A DNA stretch of 39,736 nucleotides from contig CAZANH010000109.1 of NCBI GenBank assembly GCA_964486515.1, forward strand, positions 1-39,736, written 5' to 3'. The stretch comes from an uncultured Eubacteriales bacterium. Its GTDB lineage: Bacteria; Bacillota; Clostridia; Acetivibrionales; CAZANH01. A program made the translations under genes and the position numbers. Below, one piece after another: positions 31,253 through 39,736 of this stretch. The notes under the pieces are model-generated. The model ran no database searches. It was not told the DNA's origin and saw nothing but the letters and a program-made list of their open reading frames with translations. Position 1 is the first letter of the stretch; each line of letters opens with the position of its first letter.

Positions 31253-32632
31253 TTGCTTAAGGAATATAGAACAATAAACGAGGTAGCGGGCCCGCTTATG
31301 CTTGTAAAAAAGGTAGAAGGCGTAAAATACGGTGAACTTGGAGAAATAGAACTTTTAGATGGAGAAGTTAGAAGGTGTAGAGTACTGGAAGTAAATGAGG
31401 ATAATGCACTTGTTCAGTTATTTGAAAATGCGGCAGGTATAAATATAGCCTCCACCAAAGTAAGATTTTTGGGAAGGGGTATTGAACTTCCTCTTTCAAT
31501 GGATATACTTGGAAGAGTATTTGACGGCATTGGGAAACCTGCTGATGGCGGACCTGATATAATACCCGAAAAAAGGCTTGATATAAATGGAATACCTATG
31601 AACCCTGCGGCAAGGGATTATCCTTCTGAATTTATACAGACCGGTGTTTCAGCAATAGACGGCTTGAATACACTTGTAAGGGGGCAGAAGCTTCCCATAT
31701 TTTCAGCTTCAGGGCTGCCGCATGCGCAGCTTGCTGCACAAATTGCAAGACAGTCAAAAGTACTTGGCAGCGACAGCCGTTTTGCAGTTGTATTTGCAGC
31801 TATTGGCATTACCTTTGAAGAAGCGGATTATTTCATATCGGATTTCAGAAGGACAGGTGCAATTGATCGTGCCGTATTGTTCATAAACCTTGCAAATGAT
31901 CCTGCCATAGAACGTATAGCTACACCCCGTATGGCTCTTACGGCGGCAGAATACCTTGCTTTTGAAAAAGAAATGCATGTACTTGTAATATTGACGGATA
32001 TAACAAATTATGCAGAGGCATTAAGGGAAGTATCTGCCGCGAGAAAAGAGGTCCCCGGAAGAAGAGGTTATCCGGGATATATGTATACCGACCTTGCGAC
32101 TCTTTATGAAAGAGCGGGAAGAAAAAAAGATAGCCGGGGAAGTATTACCCTTATTCCTATTCTTAGTATGCCTGAAGATGACAAGACTCACCCAATACCT
32201 GACCTTACAGGATATATAACAGAGGGTCAGATAATTTTGAGCAGAGAACTTAACAGGAAAGGGATTACACCCCCTATAGATGTACTCCCATCCTTGTCAA
32301 GACTTAAGGACAAGGGCATAGGAAAAGGCAAAACAAGGGAAGACCATGCAGATACAATGAACCAGCTCTTTGCCGCATATGCAAGGGGAAAAGAGGCAAA
32401 GGAACTTGCGGTTATATTAGGTGAAGCGGCACTTACCGAAACAGACAGGCTTTTTGCGAACTTTGCAGACAGTTTTGAAAAAGAGTATGTGTCACAGGGA
32501 TATGATGAGGGCAGGAGTATAGAGAAAACACTCAATTTAGGATGGCAGCTTATAAAAATATTGCCTGTTGGCGAACTAAAACGTATAAGAGACGAATATA
32601 TAAAAAAATATTTACTTAACGGTGAAAAATAA
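31253..32632 (+). CDS. ntpB: V/A-type ATPase subunit B
   Basis: [38 protein letters not shown]. Confidence 0.98.
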   Translation: MLKEYRTINEVAGPLMLVKKVEGVKYGELGEIELLDGEVRRCRVLEVNEDNALVQLFENAAGINIASTKVRFLGRGIELPLSMDILGRVFDGIGKPADGGPDIIPEKRLDINGIPMNPAARDYPSEFIQTGVSAIDGLNTLVRGQKLPIFSASGLPHAQLAAQIARQSKVLGSDSRFAVVFAAIGITFEEADYFISDFRRTGAIDRAVLFINLANDPAIERIATPRMALTAAEYLAFEKEMHVLVILTDITNYAEALREVSAARKEVPGRRGYPGYMYTDLATLYERAGRKKDSRGSITLIPILSMPEDDKTHPIPDLTGYITEGQIILSRELNRKGITPPIDVLPSLSRLKDKGIGKGKTREDHADTMNQLFAAYARGKEAKELAVILGEAALTETDRLFANFADSFEKEYVSQGYDEGRSIEKTLNLGWQLIKILPVGELKRIRDEYIKKYLLNGEK

Positions 32633-32647
32633 ATCCGGGTGAATTGA

Positions 32648-33892
32648 ATGAATGTGGAATTTGGCTATAACAGGGATGTTATAGAGGTAAACATTGATGA
32701 TAATAACTTTATGGGAGTTTTGAAGCCTAATACTTTTAATCCGGGAATAACCGGACAGGACGAGGTAAAAAGGGCGTTAAGGAATCCTATAGGGTCAAAA
32801 AGGCTTAGCGATATTATTAAGCCAGGTGAAAAGATTGCAATTATTACAAGTGATATAACACGTCCAATGCCAAGTAAGACAGTACTTGATGGACTTTTAA
32901 AGGATCCCGGCTTTTCAGGTGTTCATATGGATGATATTGTTCTGGTATTTGCGTTGGGAATACACAGGAAGCATACTGAAAAAGAAAGGATTAAGCTTGT
33001 TGGCGATGATATTTACAGTAAAATAAGATGTATTGACAGTGATTCAGAAGACTATGTAATGATGGGAAAGACATCAAACGGAACACCGGTTGAAATATTC
33101 AGGCCAGTGGCAGAAGCGGACAGAGTAATATGTCTTGGGAATATAGAATATCACTATTTCGCAGGATACAGTGGGGGAGCAAAAGCAGTAATGCCCGGTG
33201 TTTCAACTCAGGCTGCAATACAGGTAAACCACTGCATGATGGTTATGCCTGGTGCAAAAGCAGGAAGAATTGAAGATAATCCGATAAGGCAGGATATTGA
33301 AGAAGTTGAAAAGTTCATGCATATAGACTTCATACTAAATGTTGTACTTGATGAGAAGAAGAATACAATAAAAGCGGTAGCAGGGCATCATATTCATGCT
33401 CACAGGGAAGGGTGCAAGTTCCTTGACGGGCTATACAAGGTAAAAATACCTGGAAAAGCCGATATAGTTATCGTTTCTCCGGGGGGTTACCCAAAGGATA
33501 TAAACCTTTATCAGGCACAGAAGGCTCTTGATAATGCAAAACATGCGGTAAAAAAAGGTGGTATTATAATACTTGTGGCTTCCTGCGGGGAAGGAATGGG
33601 CAATGATGTGTTTGAAAAATGGATGATTGGAGCAAAAAGTTCTGAAGATATGATTGAAAGGATAGGAAATAAGTTTGAACTAGGCGGTCATAAAGCTGCA
33701 GCAATAGCAATGGTACTTCAGAATGCGGATATATTCCTTGTGTCGGATATGCCGGATGAGTTCGTAAAAAGAATTTTTATGAAACCATTTAAGAGTGTGC
33801 AGACAGCTCTTGAAAATGCGCTGGAATCAGTTGGCGCAAATTCGGGAGTATTGGCAATGCCTTATGGAGGTTCCACATTACCATGTTTATAA
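32648..33892 (+). CDS. larA: Nickel-pincer-dependent lactate racemase family protein (LarA)
   Basis: SDITRP, ALGIH, HYFAGYSGGAK, NH, PGGYPKDINLYQAQK. Confidence 0.9.
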   Translation: MNVEFGYNRDVIEVNIDDNNFMGVLKPNTFNPGITGQDEVKRALRNPIGSKRLSDIIKPGEKIAIITSDITRPMPSKTVLDGLLKDPGFSGVHMDDIVLVFALGIHRKHTEKERIKLVGDDIYSKIRCIDSDSEDYVMMGKTSNGTPVEIFRPVAEADRVICLGNIEYHYFAGYSGGAKAVMPGVSTQAAIQVNHCMMVMPGAKAGRIEDNPIRQDIEEVEKFMHIDFILNVVLDEKKNTIKAVAGHHIHAHREGCKFLDGLYKVKIPGKADIVIVSPGGYPKDINLYQAQKALDNAKHAVKKGGIIILVASCGEGMGNDVFEKWMIGAKSSEDMIERIGNKFELGGHKAAAIAMVLQNADIFLVSDMPDEFVKRIFMKPFKSVQTALENALESVGANSGVLAMPYGGSTLPCL

Positions 33893-33935
33893 TATGTATG
33901 GAGCCGTTTATATTAACAAAAACAGGAGATAAATT

Positions 33936-34592
33936 ATGGCAGTTATGAATGTAAACCCTACAAGGATGGAGCTTACAAGACTAAAAAAGAGACTGATTGT
34001 TGCAAGAAGAGGACATAAGCTTTTAAAGGATAAAAGAGACGAATTGATGAAACAGTTTCTTGAAATTGTGAGAAAGAATAAGGAGCTGAGAGAAAAGGCC
34101 GAAAAGCTTATTATTGAATTGCACAGAAAATTTAATATGGCAAGTGCTTTAATGTCTGAAGAGATGTTTGAGGAAGCCTTAATGCTTCCATCACACACTG
34201 CATCTCTTGATGTATCGAAGAAAAATATAATGAGTGTGGAAGTACCTATTTTTGAGTTGTTAGATGACGATGCCTCAAGTGAGAATATATATCCGTATGG
34301 ATTCGTATTAACTTCGGGAGAGCTAGATGCAGCGATACGTGCCCTTTCCAAAGCTATTCCTCTTATGCTTGAACTCGCACAGGAAGAAAAATCCGCCAGA
34401 CTTCTTGCGCTGGAAATAGAAAAAACGAGAAGAAGGGTTAATGCACTTGAATATGTTTTGATACCTCAGTTTGAAGATACCATAAAACATATTTCAATGA
34501 AACTTGAAGAGAATGAGCGTGGCAATCTCACAAGGCTTATGAAGGTTAAGGATATGATGATTGAACAGGCAAGGCACCATCAACAGATATAG
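33936..34592 (+). CDS. ntpD: V/A-type ATPase subunit D
   Basis: NPTRMEL, RGHKLLKDKRDEL, EIEKTRRRVNALEY. Confidence 0.97.
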   Translation: MAVMNVNPTRMELTRLKKRLIVARRGHKLLKDKRDELMKQFLEIVRKNKELREKAEKLIIELHRKFNMASALMSEEMFEEALMLPSHTASLDVSKKNIMSVEVPIFELLDDDASSENIYPYGFVLTSGELDAAIRALSKAIPLMLELAQEEKSARLLALEIEKTRRRVNALEYVLIPQFEDTIKHISMKLEENERGNLTRLMKVKDMMIEQARHHQQI

Positions 34593-34603
34593 AATCCAAT
34601 CAA

Positions 34604-34633
34604 AAAAGGGAAGAATATTAATTCCTCCCTTTT
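34604..34633. terminator. Bidirectional intrinsic terminator
   Basis: AAAAGGGAAGAAT-ATTA-ATTCCTCCCTTTT between convergent operons. Confidence 0.75.
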
Positions 34634-34661
34634 CAAAATACATTTAATTATTTGATTTTTA

Positions 34662-34901
34662 TTATTTAATCTTAAATTTCTTAAATGCTCTTGGTTTACC
34701 AAGTATTTCCGAAAAAATTATTCCCTTTACCAGATCATTCCTATAAAATTTAAGAAACCCTGGTTTAATAACTTCTCCTGTATGTTCTGCAGTTGCTTTG
34801 TTATTAGGCATTTTATCAATGGAGTTATCGGCAGTTGTTTTATATACTGTTATTCTGCTTTTTATTTTTTTATTGTTTGAGTTTGAACTGCTCGAATACA
34901 T
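34662..34901 (-). CDS. Small hypothetical protein downstream of floA (YqfB-like tail)
   Basis: DLVKGIIFSEILGKPRA motif; RBS GCAGGTG. Confidence 0.7.
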   Translation of the reverse strand: MYSSSSNSNNKKIKSRITVYKTTADNSIDKMPNNKATAEHTGEVIKPGFLKFYRNDLVKGIIFSEILGKPRAFKKFKIK

Positions 34902-34917
34902 TATTTACACCTGCTTT

Positions 34918-35907
34918 CTATTTTTTATCAGTATTCTTCTGTTCATTCTTGTCAATTCCGGATATGGATTCTCTCATCTGAGTATCTGCAATAACATTCT
35001 TCATATTATAGTAATCAAGAACACCAAGATTTCCTTCACGCAGAGCTGATGCCATGGCTTTCGGAACCTCTGCCTCAGCCTCAACAACCTTTGCTCTCAT
35101 TTCCTGAACAGCGGCTATCATTTCCTGTTCCCTTGCAACAGCCATTGCTCTTCTTTCTTCTGCTTTTGCCTGAGCGATTCGTTTATCTGCTTCAGCCTGA
35201 TCTGTCTGGAGTTGTGCCCCTATATTCCGTCCGACATCAATATCCGCGATATCAATTGAGAGTATTTCAAAAGCGGTACCGGCATCAAGGCCTTTTTCAA
35301 GGACAGTCTTTGAAATTGAATCAGGGTTTTCAAGGACTGCCTTGTGATCAACAGAAGAACCAACAGTTGTTACAATACCTTCTCCAACACGTGCAATTAT
35401 TGTCTGTTCTCCTGCACCACCGACCAGACGGTCAATGTTTGCCCGTACGGTTACTCTTGCTTTTGCCTTCAACTCAATACCATCTTTTGCTATTGCTGCA
35501 ATTAACGGTGTTTCAATTACTTTTGGATTGACACTCATTTGTACGGCTTCAAGGACATTTCTCCCTGCAAGGTCAATTGCTGCTGCTCTTTCAAATTCAA
35601 GTGGTATATTTGCTCTTTGGGCTGCAATAAGGGCATTTACAACCTTATCTACATTACCGCCGGCAAGATAATGAGCTTCAAGCTTGTTGATTGATAAATC
35701 AAGTCCTGCTTTGACTGCTTTAATTAAAGGATTAACAACTCTTGAAGGTATAACCCTTCTGAGTCTCATACCGATAAGAGTAAATATGCCAACCCGTACT
35801 CCTGCTGCAAAGGCTGATATCCAAAGACCAATAGGTACAAAACTTAAAAACACTGAAATAAAAACAATTACAAGTGCAATTACTATAAAGATATAAAATA
35901 CTTGCAT
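34918..35907 (-). CDS. floA: Flotillin-like protein FloA (YqfA)
   Basis: [45 protein letters not shown]. Confidence 0.97.
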   Translation of the reverse strand: MQVFYIFIVIALVIVFISVFLSFVPIGLWISAFAAGVRVGIFTLIGMRLRRVIPSRVVNPLIKAVKAGLDLSINKLEAHYLAGGNVDKVVNALIAAQRANIPLEFERAAAIDLAGRNVLEAVQMSVNPKVIETPLIAAIAKDGIELKAKARVTVRANIDRLVGGAGEQTIIARVGEGIVTTVGSSVDHKAVLENPDSISKTVLEKGLDAGTAFEILSIDIADIDVGRNIGAQLQTDQAEADKRIAQAKAEERRAMAVAREQEMIAAVQEMRAKVVEAEAEVPKAMASALREGNLGVLDYYNMKNVIADTQMRESISGIDKNEQKNTDKK

Positions 35908-35942
35908 AGTAAAACTCCTTTCATAATAAATATATTTTTATT

Positions 35943-36443
35943 TTATTTAATTTCTCTCACAACAATACGCATTCCTGATACTTTTATTATTTTAACAGGT
36001 GAATTCTTTATTATGAAATTCCCTTCTGTAACAACGTCAAGTTTTTCACCATCAAATACTGCAGTTCCCGAAGGACGTAATGTTGTCTCAGTAATCCCTT
36101 CTTTTCCAATGAAGGAACTATAGTCATCAATACTGCTGAAACCGGATTCCTTATTTAAAGATTCGGAAAGTACCATGGTTTTTGAAAGGGTACCCCTGCT
36201 TGCGGAACGAATAACAAGTACAAGCATTATACCAAGAATTGCAATAAGTATAACTATCATTACCATAGCTTCAAAAAGCGTTTTAGCAGTCAGTATGACA
36301 CCAAGTGAAAGAAGAGCCAGTCCTGCTATCCCCGGAATACCAAATCCCGGCTCAAACATTTCAAATATGACAAGGCCTAGGCCTGTTAAGAGAATTATTG
36401 CCTGTATAAGGCCTATATGTTGTATAAAGCTGAACAACTCCAT
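35943..36443 (-). CDS. NfeD-family protein (short form)
   Basis: EMFEPGFGIPGIAG, TTLRPSG...LDVVTEG OB-fold; upstream of floA. Confidence 0.9.
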   Translation of the reverse strand: MELFSFIQHIGLIQAIILLTGLGLVIFEMFEPGFGIPGIAGLALLSLGVILTAKTLFEAMVMIVILIAILGIMLVLVIRSASRGTLSKTMVLSESLNKESGFSSIDDYSSFIGKEGITETTLRPSGTAVFDGEKLDVVTEGNFIIKNSPVKIIKVSGMRIVVREIK

Positions 36444-36630
36444 TGTTATTCCCCCAGTAACAAGTAAAAAATAATAAAAATTGATTCATATATAGTATAT
36501 AACAGATTTCTTACAATATAAATAGAATTTATTAAATTTTAAGAAAAAAATAATTTATATATGGGAAATATTAATATATATTACATAATATGATACAATT
36601 TGTTTGATATAAAAATATTGGAGCGATATT

Positions 36631-37443
36631 ATGAGACAATATAATTTTATTGTGTTAACATTTTTTATTTCAATTAATATGTTTTTTGTTTCCGGATGCA
36701 GGTTTAAAGAAGAAATATGCGGGTCTAAAAAAGAGGTTGTTTCATATTATAAAAAAATATTGGGCACTGATGGTTCGCCTGAAATAAATATTAGGCTGGA
36801 TTCTGGAAATATAGAGATATATTCATGGTGTGAAGAAACCGTAAAATTTGAGTTAACGAAAAAAGTTAGAGGAATGCAGAAAACAGAGATTCTTAAAAAA
36901 AAACTTGATAATTTTTTGGTATCTACGGAGAATGAAGACAACAGTATATTTTTAAATGTAAGGTATAATGAAGTAATAGATAATCCAGCCGATATACTTT
37001 CCGATTTAAGGGTATATATACCTAAAAAGCTTGGGTTATTAAATTGTAAACTGGGTGTGGGAAAAATCAAAATTTATGATGATTTAAGGTGCATGCTTAA
37101 AATAGATGTTGACACAGCAAATATAAATATTAACAGATTCGAGGGAATATTATCATTTAAAGCACAGATGGGTGATTTAAATATTGCTGGAGGAAGAATT
37201 TTAAAAGGTTCAGCTATTAATACCGGTATGGGTAATATATTAATAAAAGCGGAAATAGAATCAAGTGGTAATTATCAATTTGAAACGGGAATGGGGAATA
37301 TTGATTTGAGTTTACCTGAAAAATCAAATATTATGTTGCAGTATGAAGGAAATCTTCAAAAGAATGAATTTCTGTACAGTCAAAAAGGAGCTTTAATTAA
37401 GATTAAAAATCAAATGGGTAGAATAGCGGTAAAAAAGTACTAA
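36631..37443 (+). CDS. DUF4097-type beta-strand repeat lipoprotein
   Basis: Lipobox VSGC; repeated x-G-M/V-G-N/D-I units. Confidence 0.7.
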   Translation: MRQYNFIVLTFFISINMFFVSGCRFKEEICGSKKEVVSYYKKILGTDGSPEINIRLDSGNIEIYSWCEETVKFELTKKVRGMQKTEILKKKLDNFLVSTENEDNSIFLNVRYNEVIDNPADILSDLRVYIPKKLGLLNCKLGVGKIKIYDDLRCMLKIDVDTANININRFEGILSFKAQMGDLNIAGGRILKGSAINTGMGNILIKAEIESSGNYQFETGMGNIDLSLPEKSNIMLQYEGNLQKNEFLYSQKGALIKIKNQMGRIAVKKY

Positions 37444-37459
37444 AAATGTATCACTGCCA

Positions 37460-38032
37460 TTATGCTTGATTTGCATTACAGGGCAGCAGATTGTTATTTT
37501 TAAGAATTGGGATTACTCTTATTGATACAATTGAAATAATAATATATAGGACAAAATCCTTAATGATATATGGCAAGAAAATGGCAGAAATATGATAAAA
37601 AGTTAACGGTTGTTTTAAGTATATATTTGTTATAAGGTAAAAATATGGTATACCCATAAGGTTTATTGCTATCAGGCCTGGAATAAGTACCAACATAATA
37701 TTTTTTATATTGTATTCCATTATCTTTTCCGAAAGCTTGCCAATGATAAAAGCTGCCAGTACAAAACCTGTAAGAAATCCAAACGAAGGGTTGTATATAT
37801 AGGTAATTCCTCCGCCACTGGCAAATACAGGGATGCCGGATAACCCTGCTATAATATATACAAGCTGCGAAAGCACGGCGAGTCTTGAGCCAAGTATAAT
37901 ACCGGAAAGAGCACAGAAAAATGGCTGAAAAGTCAGAGGAACGTATGGGAAAGGTATTCTGACATAGGCACCTGCTGCCATAAGTGAAGAAAATAGTGCT
38001 GTCAGGACAAGATCCTTTGTTTTTATTTTCAT
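37460..38032 (-). CDS. bioY: Biotin ECF transporter S component BioY
   Basis: VPLTFQ, GLSGIPVFASGGG, PSFGFLTGF. Confidence 0.93.
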   Translation of the reverse strand: MKIKTKDLVLTALFSSLMAAGAYVRIPFPYVPLTFQPFFCALSGIILGSRLAVLSQLVYIIAGLSGIPVFASGGGITYIYNPSFGFLTGFVLAAFIIGKLSEKIMEYNIKNIMLVLIPGLIAINLMGIPYFYLITNIYLKQPLTFYHISAIFLPYIIKDFVLYIIISIVSIRVIPILKNNNLLPCNANQA

Positions 38033-38070
38033 ATAACCCCCTGTAAGATAATTATTTTACAATATTTATT

Positions 38071-38099
38071 ATTATATTGATCGAAACAACTTATGTCAA
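38071..38099 (-). promoter_or_regulatory. Consensus sigma-A promoter of bioY
   Basis: TTGACA-N17-TATAAT on the minus strand. Confidence 0.8.
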
Positions 38100-38404
38100 T
38101 ATTCAGGGAATTTTGACCCCAGCTAAAAATGTGCAGCAGTAGGTATCCCATTATTAAAGAAATCACTTTTTGAAAAATGTTGCAGACATGAATCTTTCTG
38201 AAAAAACGCTGCAGGCATCAAGAGGCTGTATATTCAACCTTACATGTCAAATCAAACTCGATGAATGGTAAGTCAATTAATGTAACTGGAAAACCTGAAT
38301 AGCTGTGTTTTCGCTGATATGGCGAATTGTGCGTATTTTTCTTGCTTTACTTTTATGAAATTTTGTGCTATCATTATTTGTGTTGAATTAAAAACTAATA
38401 ATGC

Positions 38405-38482
38405 CGGGGTGTAGCTCAGTTTGGCTAGAGTGCTTGCTTGGGGTGCAAGAGGTCGCCCGTTCAAGTCGGGTCACTCCGACCA
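38405..38482 (+). tRNA. tRNA-Pro (anticodon GGG)
   Basis: CGGGGTG/CACTCCG acceptor stem, CTTGC-TTGGGGT-GCAAG anticodon arm, GTTCAAGT T-loop, encoded CCA. Confidence 0.97.
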
Positions 38483-38485
38483 AGT

Positions 38486-38524
38486 AAACAAGCGGGTTTC
38501 AGGAATTGAAAACTCGCTTGTTTT
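38486..38524 (+). terminator. Intrinsic terminator after the tRNA
   Basis: AAACAAGCGGGTTT...AAACTCGCTTGTTTT. Confidence 0.75.
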
Positions 38525-38626
38525 GTGTAAATTATCCCCCTATAACCAAAAAAAACATTATACGAATATTATAACATACCGCAGCCTCCGGCCGCCACCA
38601 AAAGGTATGCATCTGGCTGCGAGTAG

Positions 38627-39415
38627 TCAGGAGTCAGATTTTAGTTCCTTTTGTTTTCCGTCAAAATTGATATAGTAGTTTTCTCTCAAAATAAGTTCGG
38701 AAACAGGTAAAAATTCATAATCCCTGCTTTTAAGGCATTTTATAATTTCAGGAAGAAGTGAGGCTGTATGAGTTGTATCGTTGTGAAATAAAAGGATGGA
38801 GCCTTTGCCAACTTTTCCTTGTATACAGCTCAGTATTTCTTTGGGGCTTATCCCAGGTTTCCAGTCAAGGCTGTCAACATCCCATTGTATTGAATACAAT
38901 CCTGATTCTCTGGCAATGCTTACTACATTATTTGTATAATCCCCATAAGGAGCTCTGAAAAGTTCAACCTTTTTACCTGATATTTCTTCAAGTTTCTTAC
39001 TACAAATAAAAATCTCATCACTTATTTTTTTATTATTGAGAGTACCCATCCTTAAAAGGGAATATGAATGATTTGGTATATCATGCCCTCTTTTGGCAAT
39101 CATCCTTACGCTGTCCGGATATTTTTCAGCCCATTGCCCTACTATAAAAAATGATGCCTTTATTTTTTCGCTCTCGAGTGTATTTAATATATTTGGTATA
39201 TCCTCCGCTCCCCATGCACAATCAAAAGTCAGTGATACGTTTTTATTTTGTGTTTCAACAGAGTATATTGGAAGTTCCTTGTTTTCTGACAAAACGTCTA
39301 TTACATGCATACTTTTTGTTATAATAATTGCCGTAAATATTATTCCTGATACAACGACAATTAACTGTAAACATATTCTTTTGAGATTTAAAGTAATTAC
39401 CCTCATAAAATTCAC
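38627..39415 (-). CDS. Polysaccharide deacetylase (CE4, PdaB-like)
   Basis: N-terminal anchor; TFDCAWG, NHSYS, FRAPYG, DSLDWK, LFHND. Confidence 0.88.
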   Translation of the reverse strand: MNFMRVITLNLKRICLQLIVVVSGIIFTAIIITKSMHVIDVLSENKELPIYSVETQNKNVSLTFDCAWGAEDIPNILNTLESEKIKASFFIVGQWAEKYPDSVRMIAKRGHDIPNHSYSLLRMGTLNNKKISDEIFICSKKLEEISGKKVELFRAPYGDYTNNVVSIARESGLYSIQWDVDSLDWKPGISPKEILSCIQGKVGKGSILLFHNDTTHTASLLPEIIKCLKSRDYEFLPVSELILRENYYINFDGKQKELKSDS

Positions 39416-39509
39416 ATTCTCCCATAATATATATTTAATATTATATTATTTAAATCAATGATGGTATATGCATAATAATAAGGTTCTGTTGCAAGGAAGA
39501 AATAATGTT

Positions 39510-39707
39510 TTATGATTCATTCCTGTCCTTTTTATTGAATGAAATAAAGGTTTTTTCATATTCATTCAACAGTGCATCCATTTTTTTGCTTACATCAATG
39601 ATTTCAGAATCCTTTAAATTACTTTTTTTATTTATAAGTTCATGCAAACGTTCTCTCAAAATTTGTATTTCCTTAATAAGACTGTCATATTTACTCATAT
39701 TATTCAC
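39510..39707 (-). CDS. Spo0E-family aspartyl-phosphate phosphatase-like protein
   Basis: EIQILRERLHELI...SKKMDALLNEY (SQELD-like). Confidence 0.75.
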   Translation of the reverse strand: MNNMSKYDSLIKEIQILRERLHELINKKSNLKDSEIIDVSKKMDALLNEYEKTFISFNKKDRNES

Positions 39708-39736
39708 CCTGAATACTATTTTTTTATAAAAGCAAG

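Noticed and set aside
38200-38280. Weak resemblance of one frame (GIKRLYIQPYMSNQ) to an IS481/IS3 integrase segment
   Set aside because: Too short, interrupted by stops and without inverted repeats; needs tblastx.
38405-38482. tRNA as an integration site (attL/attR)
   Set aside because: I saw no duplicated tRNA 3' end and no integrase in the window.
38273-38675. ORFs overlapping the tRNA
   Set aside because: The sequence is explained by tRNA-Pro and its terminator.

Overview
Low-GC chromosomal window from an endospore-forming clostridial (Ruminiclostridium/Acetivibrio-like) Firmicute; the taxon is inferred from gene content. The first ~3.3 kb is an accessory region: a PIN toxin/antitoxin pair, a KilA-N fragment and two orphan single genes. 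These orphans are separated by GC-rich repeats with paired arms (ACATCATAGAAC...GTTCTAYGAAAT), attC-like inner boxes and flanking CGTG hairpins at fixed spacing. This is a candidate integron-like or dif-like gene-cassette array; no recombinase lies in the window. The rest is core genome: cotJABC, rpsO-pnp, dpaAB, a YkvI-like permease, a 4-subunit 2-oxoacid:ferredoxin oxidoreductase, tcdA, MFS and heterodimeric ABC transporters, a degenerate KaiC/RAD55-like protein, YfhO and a sulfotransferase. It also holds a Na+-type V/A-ATPase operon with a larA-family gene inserted between subunits B and D, nfeD-floA, a DUF4097 lipoprotein, bioY, tRNA-Pro(GGG), a polysaccharide deacetylase and a Spo0E-like gene. 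All calls come from motif recognition by eye; no database searches were run.
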